The notes: generated by a model not told the origin, from the letters alone. A stretch of DNA of 63,989 nt, filler included, from an uncultured bacterium (GCA_964371695.1; 22 parts of 22 records of this genome joined end to end with filler, not necessarily neighbours in it); one strand, 5' to 3'. Shown: positions 12,365 to 23,357, numbered from the whole stretch's first letter. Translations and numbers: made by a program.

Positions 12365-13333
12365 TCAGGCGTTCTTGGCGGCTTTGACCTTTTCGGTGAG
12401 GGCGGGAATGACCTCGAACAGGTCGCCCACGCAGCCCAGGCTGGCCACTTCAAAAATCGGTGCGTCGCCATCTTTGTTCACCGCGATGATGTGTTTGCTG
12501 TTGCTCATGCCCGCGAGGTGCTGAATTGCGCCGCTGATGCCCGCCGCGATGTAGACGTTGGGGGAGACGGTTTTGCCGGTCTGGCCCACCTGATCGCTGT
12601 GGGGCCGCCAGCCGCTGTCCACCGAGGCGCGGGAAGCCCCCACCACGCCGCCCAACTGGTCGGCCAGGGCTTCGAGGATGTTGTAGTTTTCGGGGCCTTT
12701 CATACCGCGTCCACCGCTTACAATGATTTCCGCTTCGGTGAGGTCGGTCTTGCCACCGGCGGGGGCCTCCACAGACTCCACGCGGGCCTTGATGGAACCG
12801 CCGTCAATGGCCACGGAGACTTCCTTCACTGTGCCCGCTTTGCCCGCGCCGCCTTCGGCCATGATGGCCTTGGGACGGATGGACACTACTTTCACGCCCG
12901 CACCCAGGTCCAGCTCGGCGATGGCTTTGCCCGAATAAACCGGACGGGTCACCTTGGGGCTGTCGGCGCTGCCTTCGATGCTGCTCACACCACCGGCAAA
13001 ACCGGCGTCGAGCTTGGCGGCCACGCGGGGGGCGATGTCATTGCCCTCACTGCTGGCGGTCACCAGCAGCAGGGCGGCCCCGGCCTGTTTTGCGGCCTCG
13101 GCAAATGCCTGGGCATAACCCTGCACGCTGAACTTCGCCAGTGCGGGGCTGTTCACCACATGCACTTCGTCTGCGCCATGGTCACCCAGGCCAGCGGCCA
13201 GGGCCGACACGTTGTCGCCCGCCAGCACGCCAATCACCGTGCCGCCCAGTTTTTTGGCGGCGGTGAGGGCTTCATAAGAAACGGGGCGGACCTTGCCGTC
13301 CCGGTGTTCGATGTAAACCGCGATTGTGCTCAT
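12365..13333 (-). CDS. etfA: Electron transfer flavoprotein subunit alpha
   Basis: VSGGRG, QVGQTGKTVSP, GISGAIQHLAGM. Confidence 0.97.
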   Translation of the reverse strand: MSTIAVYIEHRDGKVRPVSYEALTAAKKLGGTVIGVLAGDNVSALAAGLGDHGADEVHVVNSPALAKFSVQGYAQAFAEAAKQAGAALLLVTASSEGNDIAPRVAAKLDAGFAGGVSSIEGSADSPKVTRPVYSGKAIAELDLGAGVKVVSIRPKAIMAEGGAGKAGTVKEVSVAIDGGSIKARVESVEAPAGGKTDLTEAEIIVSGGRGMKGPENYNILEALADQLGGVVGASRASVDSGWRPHSDQVGQTGKTVSPNVYIAAGISGAIQHLAGMSNSKHIIAVNKDGDAPIFEVASLGCVGDLFEVIPALTEKVKAAKNA

Positions 13334-13344
13334 GGGGCGCTCCT

Positions 13345-14100
13345 TTACAGAACCTTCGCTTCGGTTTTGAGGTAGTTGAGGATGGCGTCGGCCAGTGTGG
13401 CGGCGTCGCCCTCCACTTTTTTGCCTGCGGCGCGGGGGGCCGGGGGGTTCAGCTTCACCACTTTGGTTTTGCTGCCATTGCCGCTGGGGGCCACTTCGTC
13501 CACCGGTTTCTTTTTGGCGGCCATGATGCCCTTGAGGTTGGCGTAGCGGGGTTCTTTGCTGCCTTTGTCGCAGGTGATGACTGCGGGTGTGCTGAAGGAC
13601 ACCACCTGGGTGCCGCCCTCAATGCCCCGCTTCGCGGTGCCGTTTGCGCCGTCCAGGGTCAGTTCGCCCACAAAACTCACACAGGGCAGGCCCAGCTGTG
13701 CGCCCAGCATCTGGCCCACGGCGGCGCTGCCGCCGTCGCTGGTGCTTTTGCCCAGCAGAATCAGGTCCGCGCCTTTGTCTTTCAGCACTTCGGCGAGCAT
13801 TTTGGCCGCGCCAAGGGGGTCGGCCCCAAAGTTGTCGTCCTTTAGAAAAAGGGCCTTGTCCGCGCCACGGGCCAGGGCGTCGCGCAGGGTGGTGGCCACC
13901 CGGCTGGGTCCGGCGCTGACCACGGTGACTTCCCCTCCCTGGGCTTCCTTCAGGGTGAGGGCTGTTTCCAGCGCGTATTCGTCATAGGGACTCATGATCC
14001 AGTTGATATCCCCCTCTTCAATGGCGGCGCCGCTGGCGGCCACTTTGATGCGGGCCTCCGTGTCTGGCACCTGCTTGATGCATACAAAAATATTGGGCAT
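13345..14100 (-). CDS. etfB: Electron transfer flavoprotein subunit beta
   Basis: CIKQVPDT, PYDEYALE, EPRYANLKGIMAAKKK. Confidence 0.97.
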   Translation of the reverse strand: MPNIFVCIKQVPDTEARIKVAASGAAIEEGDINWIMSPYDEYALETALTLKEAQGGEVTVVSAGPSRVATTLRDALARGADKALFLKDDNFGADPLGAAKMLAEVLKDKGADLILLGKSTSDGGSAAVGQMLGAQLGLPCVSFVGELTLDGANGTAKRGIEGGTQVVSFSTPAVITCDKGSKEPRYANLKGIMAAKKKPVDEVAPSGNGSKTKVVKLNPPAPRAAGKKVEGDAATLADAILNYLKTEAKVL

Positions 14101-14208
14101 GACAGGCTCCTTTCGTGCGCCCCTTCAGGACGTAACGGGGCAGTATAGGGAACACCGGAAGGCTGTAAAGAACTTTGCCGGAGTCAATCGTCTGGAATCT
14201 GTCGGGGG

Positions 14209-14688
14209 TCAGGGAGGGGGGAGTTGGCCGCGAATGGCCGAGGACAGGCCCTCCGGGTCATCGGTGCCGATGCGCAGCTTTCGGCCCGTGAGGAGGGTCA
14301 GCTCCACGGCGTCCAGGCCGCTGACGTTGTACAACCAGCCGGGGCCATACCAGCGGATGCCCCAGCCCCACATCGCTTTGTTCCTCACCGGCTCGGCGGC
14401 GGTGATTTTCGCCATGGGCACTTTCTTTTTTATCCAGCCCGTGCCGAAATAAAAAAACACCCGTTCCGGGTCCACATCCACGGTGAGCGACTGGAACATC
14501 TGCAGCAGGGCCAGGTTCAGCACCACGGTGAAAGCCCCGCCCAGCAGCAATCCCGTTCTGGCGGCGGGTGTGTTGCAAAAGGGTGGGATCAGCAGCCCCG
14601 CCATCACCATCAGCGCCCCCAGCCCCATCATGGACATCATGACGGCCCGCATGAGGGAGCTGTGTTGTGTGTGTTGGTAGACCGGCAC
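14209..14688 (-). CDS. Small membrane protein with two TM helices and a bacterial PH-like C-terminal domain
   Basis: GTG start at 14688; WGWGIRW..WLYNVSG..AVEL..RIGTDDP motif. Confidence 0.75.
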   Translation of the reverse strand: MPVYQHTQHSSLMRAVMMSMMGLGALMVMAGLLIPPFCNTPAARTGLLLGGAFTVVLNLALLQMFQSLTVDVDPERVFFYFGTGWIKKKVPMAKITAAEPVRNKAMWGWGIRWYGPGWLYNVSGLDAVELTLLTGRKLRIGTDDPEGLSSAIRGQLPPP

Positions 14689-14739
14689 AGCGCCTAGTTT
14701 AGCAATGCGGGAGGAAAGCCGGGGGTTGGGGCTGAAGGA

Positions 14740-14793
14740 TGGAAGCGGGAAGTTGGCGGTTGGTGATTGGAAGTTCGCGATTGGAAGTTGGAA
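14740..14793. repeat. Degenerate 7-nt tandem repeat (GGAAGTT/GGAAGCT-like); also at 16076..16101, 61680..61697 and 61976..62011
   Basis: ggaagcg ggaagtt ggcggtt ggtgatt ggaagtt cgcgatt ggaagtt. Confidence 0.7.
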
Positions 14794-15270
14794 AAGGCAA
14801 AAACCCACCTTCTCCCGGCGTCATTCCAGCGAAAGCGGCAGTCCAGTTGAAACAAACCACCACACCTTCTTCTTTACTCTTTGGTGGGGCGAGTAGCCAC
14901 AGGCNNNNNNNNNNNNNNNNNNNNNNNNNNNNNNNNNNNNNNNNNNNNTTAATTAATTAANNNNNNNNNNNNNNNNNNNNNNNNNNNNNNNNNNNNNNNN
15001 NNNNTCCTTTTCGGGCTCCCTGAAAAAACCCTGTTTGGTGACGCCTTCGGCGTTTTTTTGCTCCCGGCGGGACGCCGGGGCTACCAATAAACCTGACAGC
15101 AATGGTGGCGATGTCCCCACCGCGCAAAATCATTAAAAAATCGCGCTTTTTTTGCAATTTTCACCGCTGGGGACACCGCCGCAACGCTGTCTTTTTTGTT
15201 TGCGGCCTTAAGGACACGAGGAGCATAATCGCTCAGCAGGGGCATCAGCGCCCCGATCGGAAAAACCCTC

Positions 15271-15591
15271 ATGCTCATCGAACGCCAGGACACATATGCC
15301 GTCATTCACCTCAGCGGAAGGGTGGACGTGAGTTTTGTGCAGCAATACCGCGAGCAGGTGATGGCGGCGCTGAGCGGTGCGCCCTCACTGGTGGTGCATC
15401 TGGGTAAGGTGGCGTTTCTGGATTCTTCTGCCCTGGGCCTGCTGGTGACACTCAACCAAGCCGCCAAAGAGCAGGACAAGCAACTGACACTGCGCGACGT
15501 GCCGCCACGGGTACTGGAGCTGCTGCGCCTGACACGCCTGGAACATCTCTTCGGCATCATGACCACGACAGCGGAAAACAGTCCTGCTTAA
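15271..15591 (+). CDS. STAS-domain anti-sigma factor antagonist
   Basis: SGRVD, FLDSSALGLL with the phosphorylatable Ser, LTRLEHLF. Confidence 0.92.
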   Translation: MLIERQDTYAVIHLSGRVDVSFVQQYREQVMAALSGAPSLVVHLGKVAFLDSSALGLLVTLNQAAKEQDKQLTLRDVPPRVLELLRLTRLEHLFGIMTTTAENSPA

Positions 15592-15686
15592 CAAGCCATC
15601 TAATCTTCATTGACAGCGTGGCAGGCTGCTTTTACCGGTGCTAGAGTTGGCCACAGTAGGGGGTTCAGCCCCCCCTTAACAAGCTC

Positions 15687-16067
15687 ATGGATGATGAACA
15701 TAACATACGGGTACTGGTGGCGGATGACAGCGAGTTCATGCGCCATTACGTGCGGGACATTCTTCAGAATGAAGGCGGTTTTGACGTGGTGGCCATGGCC
15801 CAGGACGGCATGGAAGCCCTGCATCTTTATAAGGAAGTCATGCCCGACGTGGTGACCATGGACCTGGTGATGGACCCCTACCCAGGCGAAGAAGGCATCA
15901 TGGCCATTCTGGAAATTGACCCCGACGCACGCATCTGCGTGGTGAGCAGCATGGGCAACAAGTTCACGGTAGAAGAATGCCTGCGCATGGGCGCCAAGGA
16001 CTTTGTGGTGAAACCATTTGACCCCAAGGAACTGGTGGAAAAACTCAAAACCATCGCCCGGTGTTGA
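15687..16067 (+). CDS. Single-domain CheY-like response regulator
   Basis: VLVADDS, PDVVTMDLVM, VSSMG, FVVKPF. Confidence 0.93.
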   Translation: MDDEHNIRVLVADDSEFMRHYVRDILQNEGGFDVVAMAQDGMEALHLYKEVMPDVVTMDLVMDPYPGEEGIMAILEIDPDARICVVSSMGNKFTVEECLRMGAKDFVVKPFDPKELVEKLKTIARC

Positions 16068-16531
16068 AAAAGAAGGAAGTTGGAAGCTGGTGGTTGGAGA
16101 AGAAAAACAGCCATCCTTCTCCACTCCCCTTTTTGGGGAGAGGGTGATGCGAAGCATCGGGTGAGGGGTAAAACATAGGCAAAAAACCACACCTCTCACC
16201 GTTATTCCGGCGAGAGCGGCAGTCCAGTAGAAGCGAGAACAGGACACCTTTTTCTGTTCTCTTTCAGTGGGGCGGGGGGGGGGCCCCCCCCGGGAATAAT
16301 ATAAGAAAAAAATAATTTTTTTTTTTTTGGGGGGGGGGGGGGCCCCCGGGGGGGGGGGCCGCCCCCGCCCGGGTTAAAAAAAAACAAAAAAACCTTTTTT
16401 TTTTAATTGGCGGGGGGGGCCGCCCGCCCCACTGAAAGAAAAAAGAAAACAGAAGAANNNNNNNNNNTTTATTGCCCCCCCGGGGGGGCCCCCCCCCCCC
16501 CCCCACTGAGGGGACGCCTGCCCCACCATTT

Positions 16532-17626
16532 TTACCCCGCCAGCACCCGGTCATAAAGCGCCATGTGGGCCGCCGCCTGGGTCTGTGCGTTGAAAAACCC
16601 GGCCACCCGCTCACGGCCCGCCCGGCCAAACTGTTGCAGACGCTCGGCGTCGCCAGCCAATTCACACAAGGCCTCGGCCAGGGCGGTTGCATCGCCCGGC
16701 GGCAGCAACAGGCCCGTTTCGCCCGGCGTCACAATCTCCTTTGGACCGCCGCTGTCCGGCGCAATCACCGCCAGACCCTGGGCCATGGCCTCCAGCAGAG
16801 CCAGGCCAAAAGGCTCTTCGGCAGCGGTGTGTACCAGCGCGTGAGCCGCCGACAAAAAAACCGCCGGGTCGGCTACAAAACCATGCATCGTGAGCACGTC
16901 CTCCAGACCCAGGGCCGCGGCTTTTTGCCGCAGGCGGTTTTCCTCCTGCCCCTTGCCCAAAAGGTCTGCCCGAAAAACCAGACCCTTTTGCCGGGCCAGG
17001 GCGAGCGCCTCCAGAAAAGTGTCCAGACCCTTTTCCGGGTCCAGACGGCTCAGGCACACCACCCGCAGCGGCGGCGGGGCGGGCCGGGGTGAATAAGGCG
17101 GCGGCGCGGCCACGGCGTTGTGAATCACCGTGAGTTTTTCTTCCAGACCGGCTTCCCGCAACAGCACCCCCTCCGCCACCGCCCCGGACACCGCCACCAC
17201 GGCGCTGGCGGAGTGATTGAGCCAGCCATAAACCCCCGTGGCCAGCAGCCGCCGGGGGCCGGTGAGGCGCGTGTAATTCTCGTGGATGAAATGTCGGCTG
17301 ATGACGATGGGCACAGGCGTACCCATCGCCGCCAGAGACCCCAACACCGTGGTGATGCCCAGGTGCAGGTGCAGCACGTCCACCCTTTCCTTTTTTATCA
17401 GCCGCCGCAGGGCCAGGGCGCTGGAAAAATCGCCCATGCCCGAAAAAGGAATGGCGAAATGGGGAATACCCGCTGTCGCCAGGGCCTGCACAAGGGGCGG
17501 AATATCCGGCGTGGCCACCAGGGGTTCATAACGCTCCCGGTCCAGATTGGAACACAGGGTGAGGATCACCCGCTGCACACCGGCGAAGGTGTCTGAACAA
17601 GCGGCGTGCAGCACGCGCCGGGCCAT
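16532..17626 (-). CDS. Glycosyltransferase family 4 (GT-B); true 3' end borders low-quality sequence
   Basis: SRLDPEKG, EEPFGLALLEAMA, SGGPKEIV. Confidence 0.93.
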   Translation of the reverse strand: MARRVLHAACSDTFAGVQRVILTLCSNLDRERYEPLVATPDIPPLVQALATAGIPHFAIPFSGMGDFSSALALRRLIKKERVDVLHLHLGITTVLGSLAAMGTPVPIVISRHFIHENYTRLTGPRRLLATGVYGWLNHSASAVVAVSGAVAEGVLLREAGLEEKLTVIHNAVAAPPPYSPRPAPPPLRVVCLSRLDPEKGLDTFLEALALARQKGLVFRADLLGKGQEENRLRQKAAALGLEDVLTMHGFVADPAVFLSAAHALVHTAAEEPFGLALLEAMAQGLAVIAPDSGGPKEIVTPGETGLLLPPGDATALAEALCELAGDAERLQQFGRAGRERVAGFFNAQTQAAAHMALYDRVLAG

Positions 17627-17629
17627 GGC

Positions 17630-17868
17630 TCAACCCCCCAGCTTGGCCAAAGCCGCCTTCACCAGCGCCACCCCGAAACGGTGCTCCAGTGTCATGTAGG
17701 TGTGTTCGTGTTTGCGGCGATACAAAAAAAGGCCCGGTTCCTGTTCGCGCATGGCCCCCAGACCCCGCAGGTGCATCACACCCAGCGCGGCGGTGAAATC
17801 CAGTTGCAGCGTGAAGGGAAACGGATCGTGGGGCGCGGCGTAACCGGGCTGATTCACCACCTCCACAC
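17630..17868 (-). CDS. Hypothetical protein, C-terminal fragment
   Basis: Frame open from the contig edge; stops 3 nt before the GT4 start. Confidence 0.6.
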
Positions 17869-17968
17869 NNNNNNNNNNNNNNNNNNNNNNNNNNNNNNNN
17901 NNNNNNNNNNNNTTAATTAATTAANNNNNNNNNNNNNNNNNNNNNNNNNNNNNNNNNNNNNNNNNNNN

Positions 17969-18887
17969 GCACCTGTGCGCCCTGGCGGGACAGATGAGCC
18001 GCCGCTTTTTGCTGGGCTTGGCGCAAGTCGGCGCTCACCTTGTTTTTGCCGTTGTCGGGAATGCTGATGACGTTCAGTTTTTTGAGGGACACCTTGGCGG
18101 GGTCGCCCAGGGACATGGGGGTGCAGACCTTTTCTTTGCCGTCTGGCCCCGCGAGAACCCGCAGCAGCGGCATCAGGTCTTCGGCGCGGCGGGCCAGGGG
18201 GCCGGTGCAGCAATAACGCTGGGCGTCGCCCACGGCATAGGGGAACTGACCCGTGCCGGGCACCAGTCCGCCGGTGGGTTTGTGGCCAAACACGCCGTTG
18301 AAAAAAGCGGGCATGCGGATGGACCCGCCGATGTCCGACCCCAGGCCAAAGGGCGAGGCCCCCGCGCCGATGATGGCCCCTTCGCCGCCGGAACTGCCCC
18401 CCACGATGTGGCTGGGGTTGTAAGGGTTGTTGGTGCGGCCATACACATAGTTGTGCGATTCCATCCACATGCACAGCTCTGAAATGTTGGTGACGCCCAG
18501 GGGAATCGCGCCCGCCCGCCGAATCCGCGCCACGGCGGTGGCGTCTTCACCGGGCTGATAATTTTTGCGCGACACCAGACCGCTGGTGTTGGGCATGCCC
18601 AACAGGGCAAAGTTTTCCTTGATGGTGCAGGGCACGCCGTGCAGGGGTCCCAGTTTTTCCGGGCCATTTTTTTTCAGGGCCTTGTCGGCGGCGGCGGCCT
18701 CGGCGCGGGCCTCGGCAAAGCGGACTTTCACCATGGCGTTGATCACCGGGTTCACGGCCTGGACGCGGTTGATGTGCGCCTCCACCGCATCGCGGGAGGT
18801 CAATGCCCCCTCACGAATCATGCGGGCCATTTGGGATGCAGAGAGTTCGAGGCAGTTCATGGCGGGGGAGCTTAGCAGCTCAAACAC
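17969..18887 (-). CDS. Amidase-signature family enzyme (FAAH2-like), 3' truncated
   Basis: PLHGVPCTIKE, GGSSGGEGA, GSDIGGSIRMPA. Confidence 0.93.
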
Positions 18888-20403
18888 TCAGCAGCCGTTC
18901 GCTCAAATGCGCCACAGTGGAAACAATGGGGATGGTGGTGTGGTGGCTGGCGGTGGTGGGGAACACCGAGCCGTCCATGACATAAAGGTGTTTCACGCCA
19001 TGCACCTGGCCGTTCAGGTCCACCACCGATTTTTTCGGCTCTGGCCCCATGCGGCAGGTGCCCTGGGGGTGGGGCGAAAACAGGCGCGGCAGGCGCAGGC
19101 CCTTGTCCAGCAGCGAGAGTTCCTTGAGGCTGGTGATCTCCCGGATGCCTTCCAGCGTGGGCAGAAAAACCGACACCGCCCCGGCGTCGAACCACAGCTC
19201 CGTGAAAAGCCGCAGGGCTTTTTTCACCCGCACCGGCACGTCGGCGTTGTGTTTGTAGTTGATTTCGATGCGGTCTTTCTTGATCTGGAGATGGCCGCCG
19301 GGTTGATCGGGAAAACTGATGAGCGAGCCGGCCATGTGGTCGTAGCGGGACATGACCTCCATGGGATACAACACGTCGGCGGCGAAACTGCTGCCGATGG
19401 CCCCCGGCTGGTGAAAAATCGGTTCCATCTTGAAACCGCTCAAGCCAAAGTCCTCGCTCCATTCGTCAAACTCGTTCACATACACCGACTGGGGCACGCC
19501 CCGGTGACTGTTCATTTTTTCGGCGAAGCGCGACCCCAGGGGGATGTGGGGTTGCAAGGTCAGGTTTTTGCCCAGGTTGGCGTGGGGCAGGCCAGAGCGG
19601 ATGAGCAGCGCCGGGCTGTGAATGGTGCCCGCCGCCACAATCACCGTTTTGGCGTTCACGCGAAAGGAACCCTTCACGCTGTAATCGGTGGGGTTCACCC
19701 ACTGGCCCTCCACCCCCACGGCCTGGTTGTTGCGCAACAACACTTGCGTGACCATGGCCCCGGTGAGGATGTGTGCGCCGTGCTGCACCGCCAGGGGCAA
19801 TATGTTGAGCATCACGCCCCGCTTGGCGTCAAAGGCACAGCCGATCATGCAATAACCACTGCCCACGCAGCCCTTGCGGAAGTTCTCCAGCACACCCGAT
19901 TTCCAGCCCCGTTTCTGCGCGGCCTGCAAAATAGCCCGGTTGCTTTTGTTCACGAGTCCGTCGGGAATGAGCGAGACTTCCAGGTGTTCCCGCGCCCACT
20001 GCTGATAGGGCAGGGCATCCTGAAAGGAATAGTCCCAGCCATAATGTTTTTGCCAGTGGGCGAACACCGGTTCTTCGATGCCTTCGGCGTCTCCCATGTT
20101 GATGGTGGTGCTGCCGCCGATGCACCGGCCCTGCACCACGCTGATGCCGCCGTCCGCAGTGAGTTGGCTGCCTCCGGCCCGGTAGAGCTGGGGCAGCATG
20201 TGGGTTTCGCGCTGGGTGAAATCCCGACCCTGAAAGTGACGGCCTTCTTCCAGCACCAGCACCTCTTTGCCCGCCATGGCCATTTTGGCGGCGGCGGTGG
20301 CGCCGCCCGCGCCCGACCCCACCACCACCACTTCCACGGTGAGTTCGTGATGGGTTTTGGGGCCTTTAAAGGTGCTGGTTTTCAGCCGGGGTTCGTTGGG
20401 CAT
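18880..20403 (-). CDS. GMC family flavin oxidoreductase
   Basis: VGSGAGG, GRCIGGSTTIN, CVGSGYCMIGC, HPQGTCRMG, DGSVFPT. Confidence 0.93.
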   Translation of the reverse strand: MPNEPRLKTSTFKGPKTHHELTVEVVVVGSGAGGATAAAKMAMAGKEVLVLEEGRHFQGRDFTQRETHMLPQLYRAGGSQLTADGGISVVQGRCIGGSTTINMGDAEGIEEPVFAHWQKHYGWDYSFQDALPYQQWAREHLEVSLIPDGLVNKSNRAILQAAQKRGWKSGVLENFRKGCVGSGYCMIGCAFDAKRGVMLNILPLAVQHGAHILTGAMVTQVLLRNNQAVGVEGQWVNPTDYSVKGSFRVNAKTVIVAAGTIHSPALLIRSGLPHANLGKNLTLQPHIPLGSRFAEKMNSHRGVPQSVYVNEFDEWSEDFGLSGFKMEPIFHQPGAIGSSFAADVLYPMEVMSRYDHMAGSLISFPDQPGGHLQIKKDRIEINYKHNADVPVRVKKALRLFTELWFDAGAVSVFLPTLEGIREITSLKELSLLDKGLRLPRLFSPHPQGTCRMGPEPKKSVVDLNGQVHGVKHLYVMDGSVFPTTASHHTTIPIVSTVAHLSERLLSV

Positions 20404-20404
20404 G

Positions 20405-20828
20405 TCAGTTCACCATCGGCCCTTCATAACCGATATGGGGCCACACGCCGGGATTGCCCAGGTGCAGAAAACCCGTCATTTCGCGGGCGGCGGCCTGGGC
20501 CAGATGGAGCGGCAACAGGGTTTTCTGATCCAGTTGGCGCAGCACCGACAGACGTTGCCGGGTGGAAAGCCGGAAGAACGGCGCGAGTCGCCAACTGAAC
20601 AGGGGAGACAGGTTCACCGCCGAGAGCGCCAGCAAAAAATCCTGCCGCAGATAGGGCGGGTAATAGTCCATCACCGCTTCGGCGTCGGTTAAAAAGGCGC
20701 TGGCCCCACCCTGATAACGCTTGCGTTCTTCTTCGCTGAAAAGGGTTTCGTATACCCCCAGCAGCGTGGCCGCCTGGGTGGCGGAAAAATATCGCAGCGC
20801 GGGCAGTCCGCCCCCCGCCGCCGTGAAC
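20405..20828 (-). CDS. Gluconate 2-dehydrogenase subunit 3-like GMC partner (5' truncated)
   Basis: Frame extends upstream to the contig edge (LRYFSATQAATLLGVYETLF) and ends VWPHIGYEGP, directly upstream of the GMC gene. Confidence 0.7.
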
Positions 20829-20937
20829 NNNNNNNNNNNNNNNNNNNNNNNNNNNNNNNNNNNNNNNNNNNNTTAATTAATTAANNNNNNNNNNNNNNNN
20901 NNNNNNNNNNNNNNNNNNNNNNNNNNNNGGCATTTCG

Positions 20938-21010
20938 AGCGGGAGACGGGGGTCGAACCCGCGACCCTCAGCTTGGAAGGCTGATGCTCTACCAACTGAG
21001 CTACTCCCGC
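20938..21010 (-). tRNA. tRNA-Gly (TCC)
   Basis: GCGGGAGTAGCTCAGTTGGTAGAGCATCAGCCT-TCC-AAGCTGAGGGTCGCGGGTTCGACCCCCGTCTCCCGCT. Confidence 0.96.
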
Positions 21011-21043
21011 ACAGGTGTGATATCAAGATGCATGTTACTTTCG

Positions 21044-21125
21044 TGGAGGGAGTTGGATTTGAACCAACGTAGGCGAAGCCAACGGGTTTACAGCCCGTCC
21101 CCTTTAACCACTCGGGCATCCCTCC
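21044..21125 (-). tRNA. tRNA-Tyr (GTA)
   Basis: GGAGGGATGCCCGAGTGGTTAAAGGGGACGGGCT-GTA-AACCCGT with a long variable arm; Tyr-Gly order as in tufB-type tRNA clusters. Confidence 0.96.
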
Positions 21126-21372
21126 TTTGGTTTAGAGCCGGAGAAGTATAGCCACCTTTCGGGCCGAGGTAAACAGGGCAAAATAACCCTTTTTTGTTCG
21201 GGGGGCGGGCGTCCCCCCCCGCCCCACCAGAAAGAAAACAGAAAAAGGTGTGATGTTTTTGTTTCATCTGGATTCCCGCTTTCGCGGGAATGACGGCGGG
21301 TTTTTCAGGGGTTCTTACAAGCCCATCATTTTGTTATACATTACCCCACCAGATGTCCGGGGCAGCAACCAC

Positions 21373-23295
21373 ATGTGCGGCATAGCGGGGTTTGTGTCCC
21401 TTTCGGGTCAGGCCATTGAGGGCCTGGAGGGTCGCCTGAAGGCCACCCACGCCCTGCAGCGGCATCGTGGGCCAGACGGCGAAGGCCACTGGGCCCACCC
21501 CCGCCGCCACGTGGGGCTGGCTCACCAGCGCCTCAGCATCATCGACCTGAGCACCGGCGCACAACCCATGGAAGGCCCCGGCGGCCTGTGGCTCACCTTC
21601 AACGGCGAGATTTACAACTACATCGAACTGCGCCAGGAGCTGGGCGAGGAAAACTTCCGCACCACCTCTGACACTGAGGTGATTCTGCGGGCCTATGACC
21701 GCTGGGGCGAAGACTGCGTGAGCCGCCTGCGGGGCATGTTCGCCTTTGCCCTGTGGGACGAAAAGGCACAGACGCTGTTCTGTGCGCGGGACAGGTTCGG
21801 CATCAAGCCCTTTTATTTTGCACGCCACGCGGACCTGTGGTTTTTCGCCTCGGAGTGCAAAACCCTGATGCCCTTTCTGCCCGCCATCGAAACCGACCTG
21901 GAGGGCCTGAAGGACTACCTGGCCTTTCAGCTCACGCTGGACGGCAAGACCCTGTTCAAAAACGTGCGCGAACTTTTGCCCGGCCACTGCCTGACGGTGA
22001 AAAACGGCGCGGTGCAGGAGCGGCGTTACTGGGAGGTGTATTACCACACCGACTGGCATCACACCCAGCTTTATTTCGAGGAAAAAGTGCGCGAACTGCT
22101 GGACGACAGCGTGAGGGTTCACCTGCGGGCCGATGTGCCTGTGGGGGCCTATGTGAGCGGCGGTGTGGACAGCAGTCTGGTGGCCAGTATCGGGGCGCGA
22201 TACGCCCAGGGGGCTTTTCTGGGTTTCACCGGAAAATTTGGCGAAGGCGACGCCTATGACGAAAGCCATTTCGCCCGCGCCGCCGCCACCAAAAGCTCCT
22301 ATGAACTGCTGGAAACCACCATCACCCATCAGGACTTCGCCAGCAGCATCGAAAAGATCATTTATCACCTGGATTACCCCACCGCCGGGCCGGGTTCCTT
22401 TCCCCAATATCACGTGAGCGCCTTGGCGGCCAAACACCGCAAGGTGGTGCTGGGGGGCCAGGGGGGAGACGAGATTTTTGGCGGCTACGCCCGTTATCTG
22501 GTGGCCTATTTTGAGCAGTGCATCCGCGCCGCCATCGAGGGCGATCTGAACAAGGGCAAGTTCGTGGTCACCTACGAATCCATCATTCCCAACCTCACCA
22601 CGCTCAAAGCCTACAAACCCATGATCAAGTCCTTTTGGGCCAAGGGGCTTTTCGGCCCCATGGACCAGCGCTACTTCCAGCTCATCAACCGCTCTGGCGA
22701 CCTGAAGGACGAAGTGCGCTGGGAACTGCTGGGGGATTACCAGCCCTTTGACACCTTCCAGCGCATTTTTCTGGGGAACAACGTGGGCAAGGAGAGTTAT
22801 TTCGACAGCATGACGCACTTCGATTTCAAAACCCTGCTGCCCGCCCTGTTGCAGGTGGAAGACCGCATGAGCATGGCCCATGGCCTGGAAAGCCGCGTGC
22901 CCCTGCTGGACCACCCCCTGGTGGAACTGGCGGCCACCATGCCCGCCAACGTCAAGTTTCAGGATGGCAAACTCAAAAAGGTGCTGCGCGAAGGCATGGC
23001 CCACGAACTGCCCCGCGAGATTCTGGAGCGCACCGACAAGATGGGTTTTCCGGTGCCGCTCACCGAGTGGATGCAGGGGCCGCTCAAGGATTTTTTCATG
23101 GACGTGTTCACCAGCCGGGCGGCTCAGGACCGGCCTTACATCCACAACGCGGCGGCCACCCGCGGGCTGGAGGGGGAATCTCCCTTTGGCCGCAAAATAT
23201 GGGGGCTGCTGTCGCTGGAGCTGTGGCACCGGCAGTTTCACGACCGAAGGGCGGATTTCACAAAACTGGCCCGCGCCGCCGGCGCGCCGGTTTAG
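21373..23295 (+). CDS. asnB: Asparagine synthase (glutamine-hydrolysing) family amidotransferase
   Basis: MCGIAG start at 21373, HRGPD, RDRFGIKP, SGGVDSS, GQGGDEIFGGY. Confidence 0.95.
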   Translation: MCGIAGFVSLSGQAIEGLEGRLKATHALQRHRGPDGEGHWAHPRRHVGLAHQRLSIIDLSTGAQPMEGPGGLWLTFNGEIYNYIELRQELGEENFRTTSDTEVILRAYDRWGEDCVSRLRGMFAFALWDEKAQTLFCARDRFGIKPFYFARHADLWFFASECKTLMPFLPAIETDLEGLKDYLAFQLTLDGKTLFKNVRELLPGHCLTVKNGAVQERRYWEVYYHTDWHHTQLYFEEKVRELLDDSVRVHLRADVPVGAYVSGGVDSSLVASIGARYAQGAFLGFTGKFGEGDAYDESHFARAAATKSSYELLETTITHQDFASSIEKIIYHLDYPTAGPGSFPQYHVSALAAKHRKVVLGGQGGDEIFGGYARYLVAYFEQCIRAAIEGDLNKGKFVVTYESIIPNLTTLKAYKPMIKSFWAKGLFGPMDQRYFQLINRSGDLKDEVRWELLGDYQPFDTFQRIFLGNNVGKESYFDSMTHFDFKTLLPALLQVEDRMSMAHGLESRVPLLDHPLVELAATMPANVKFQDGKLKKVLREGMAHELPREILERTDKMGFPVPLTEWMQGPLKDFFMDVFTSRAAQDRPYIHNAAATRGLEGESPFGRKIWGLLSLELWHRQFHDRRADFTKLARAAGAPV

Positions 23296-23357
23296 GATGA
23301 GCAGCAGAAGAAAAGTTGGGTTGAAATATTTCCCAGAAAGTCCGAATCTCCATGAGT

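Noticed and set aside
16262-16530. Poly-G/C/A/T low-complexity stretch with ORFs 16202..16387, 16264..16692 and 16472..17092
   Set aside because: Homopolymer-degraded read ends around a 10-N gap, probably sequencing failure in a strong REP hairpin.
20877-21119. 80-aa ORF
   Set aside because: Overlies tRNA-Tyr and tRNA-Gly.
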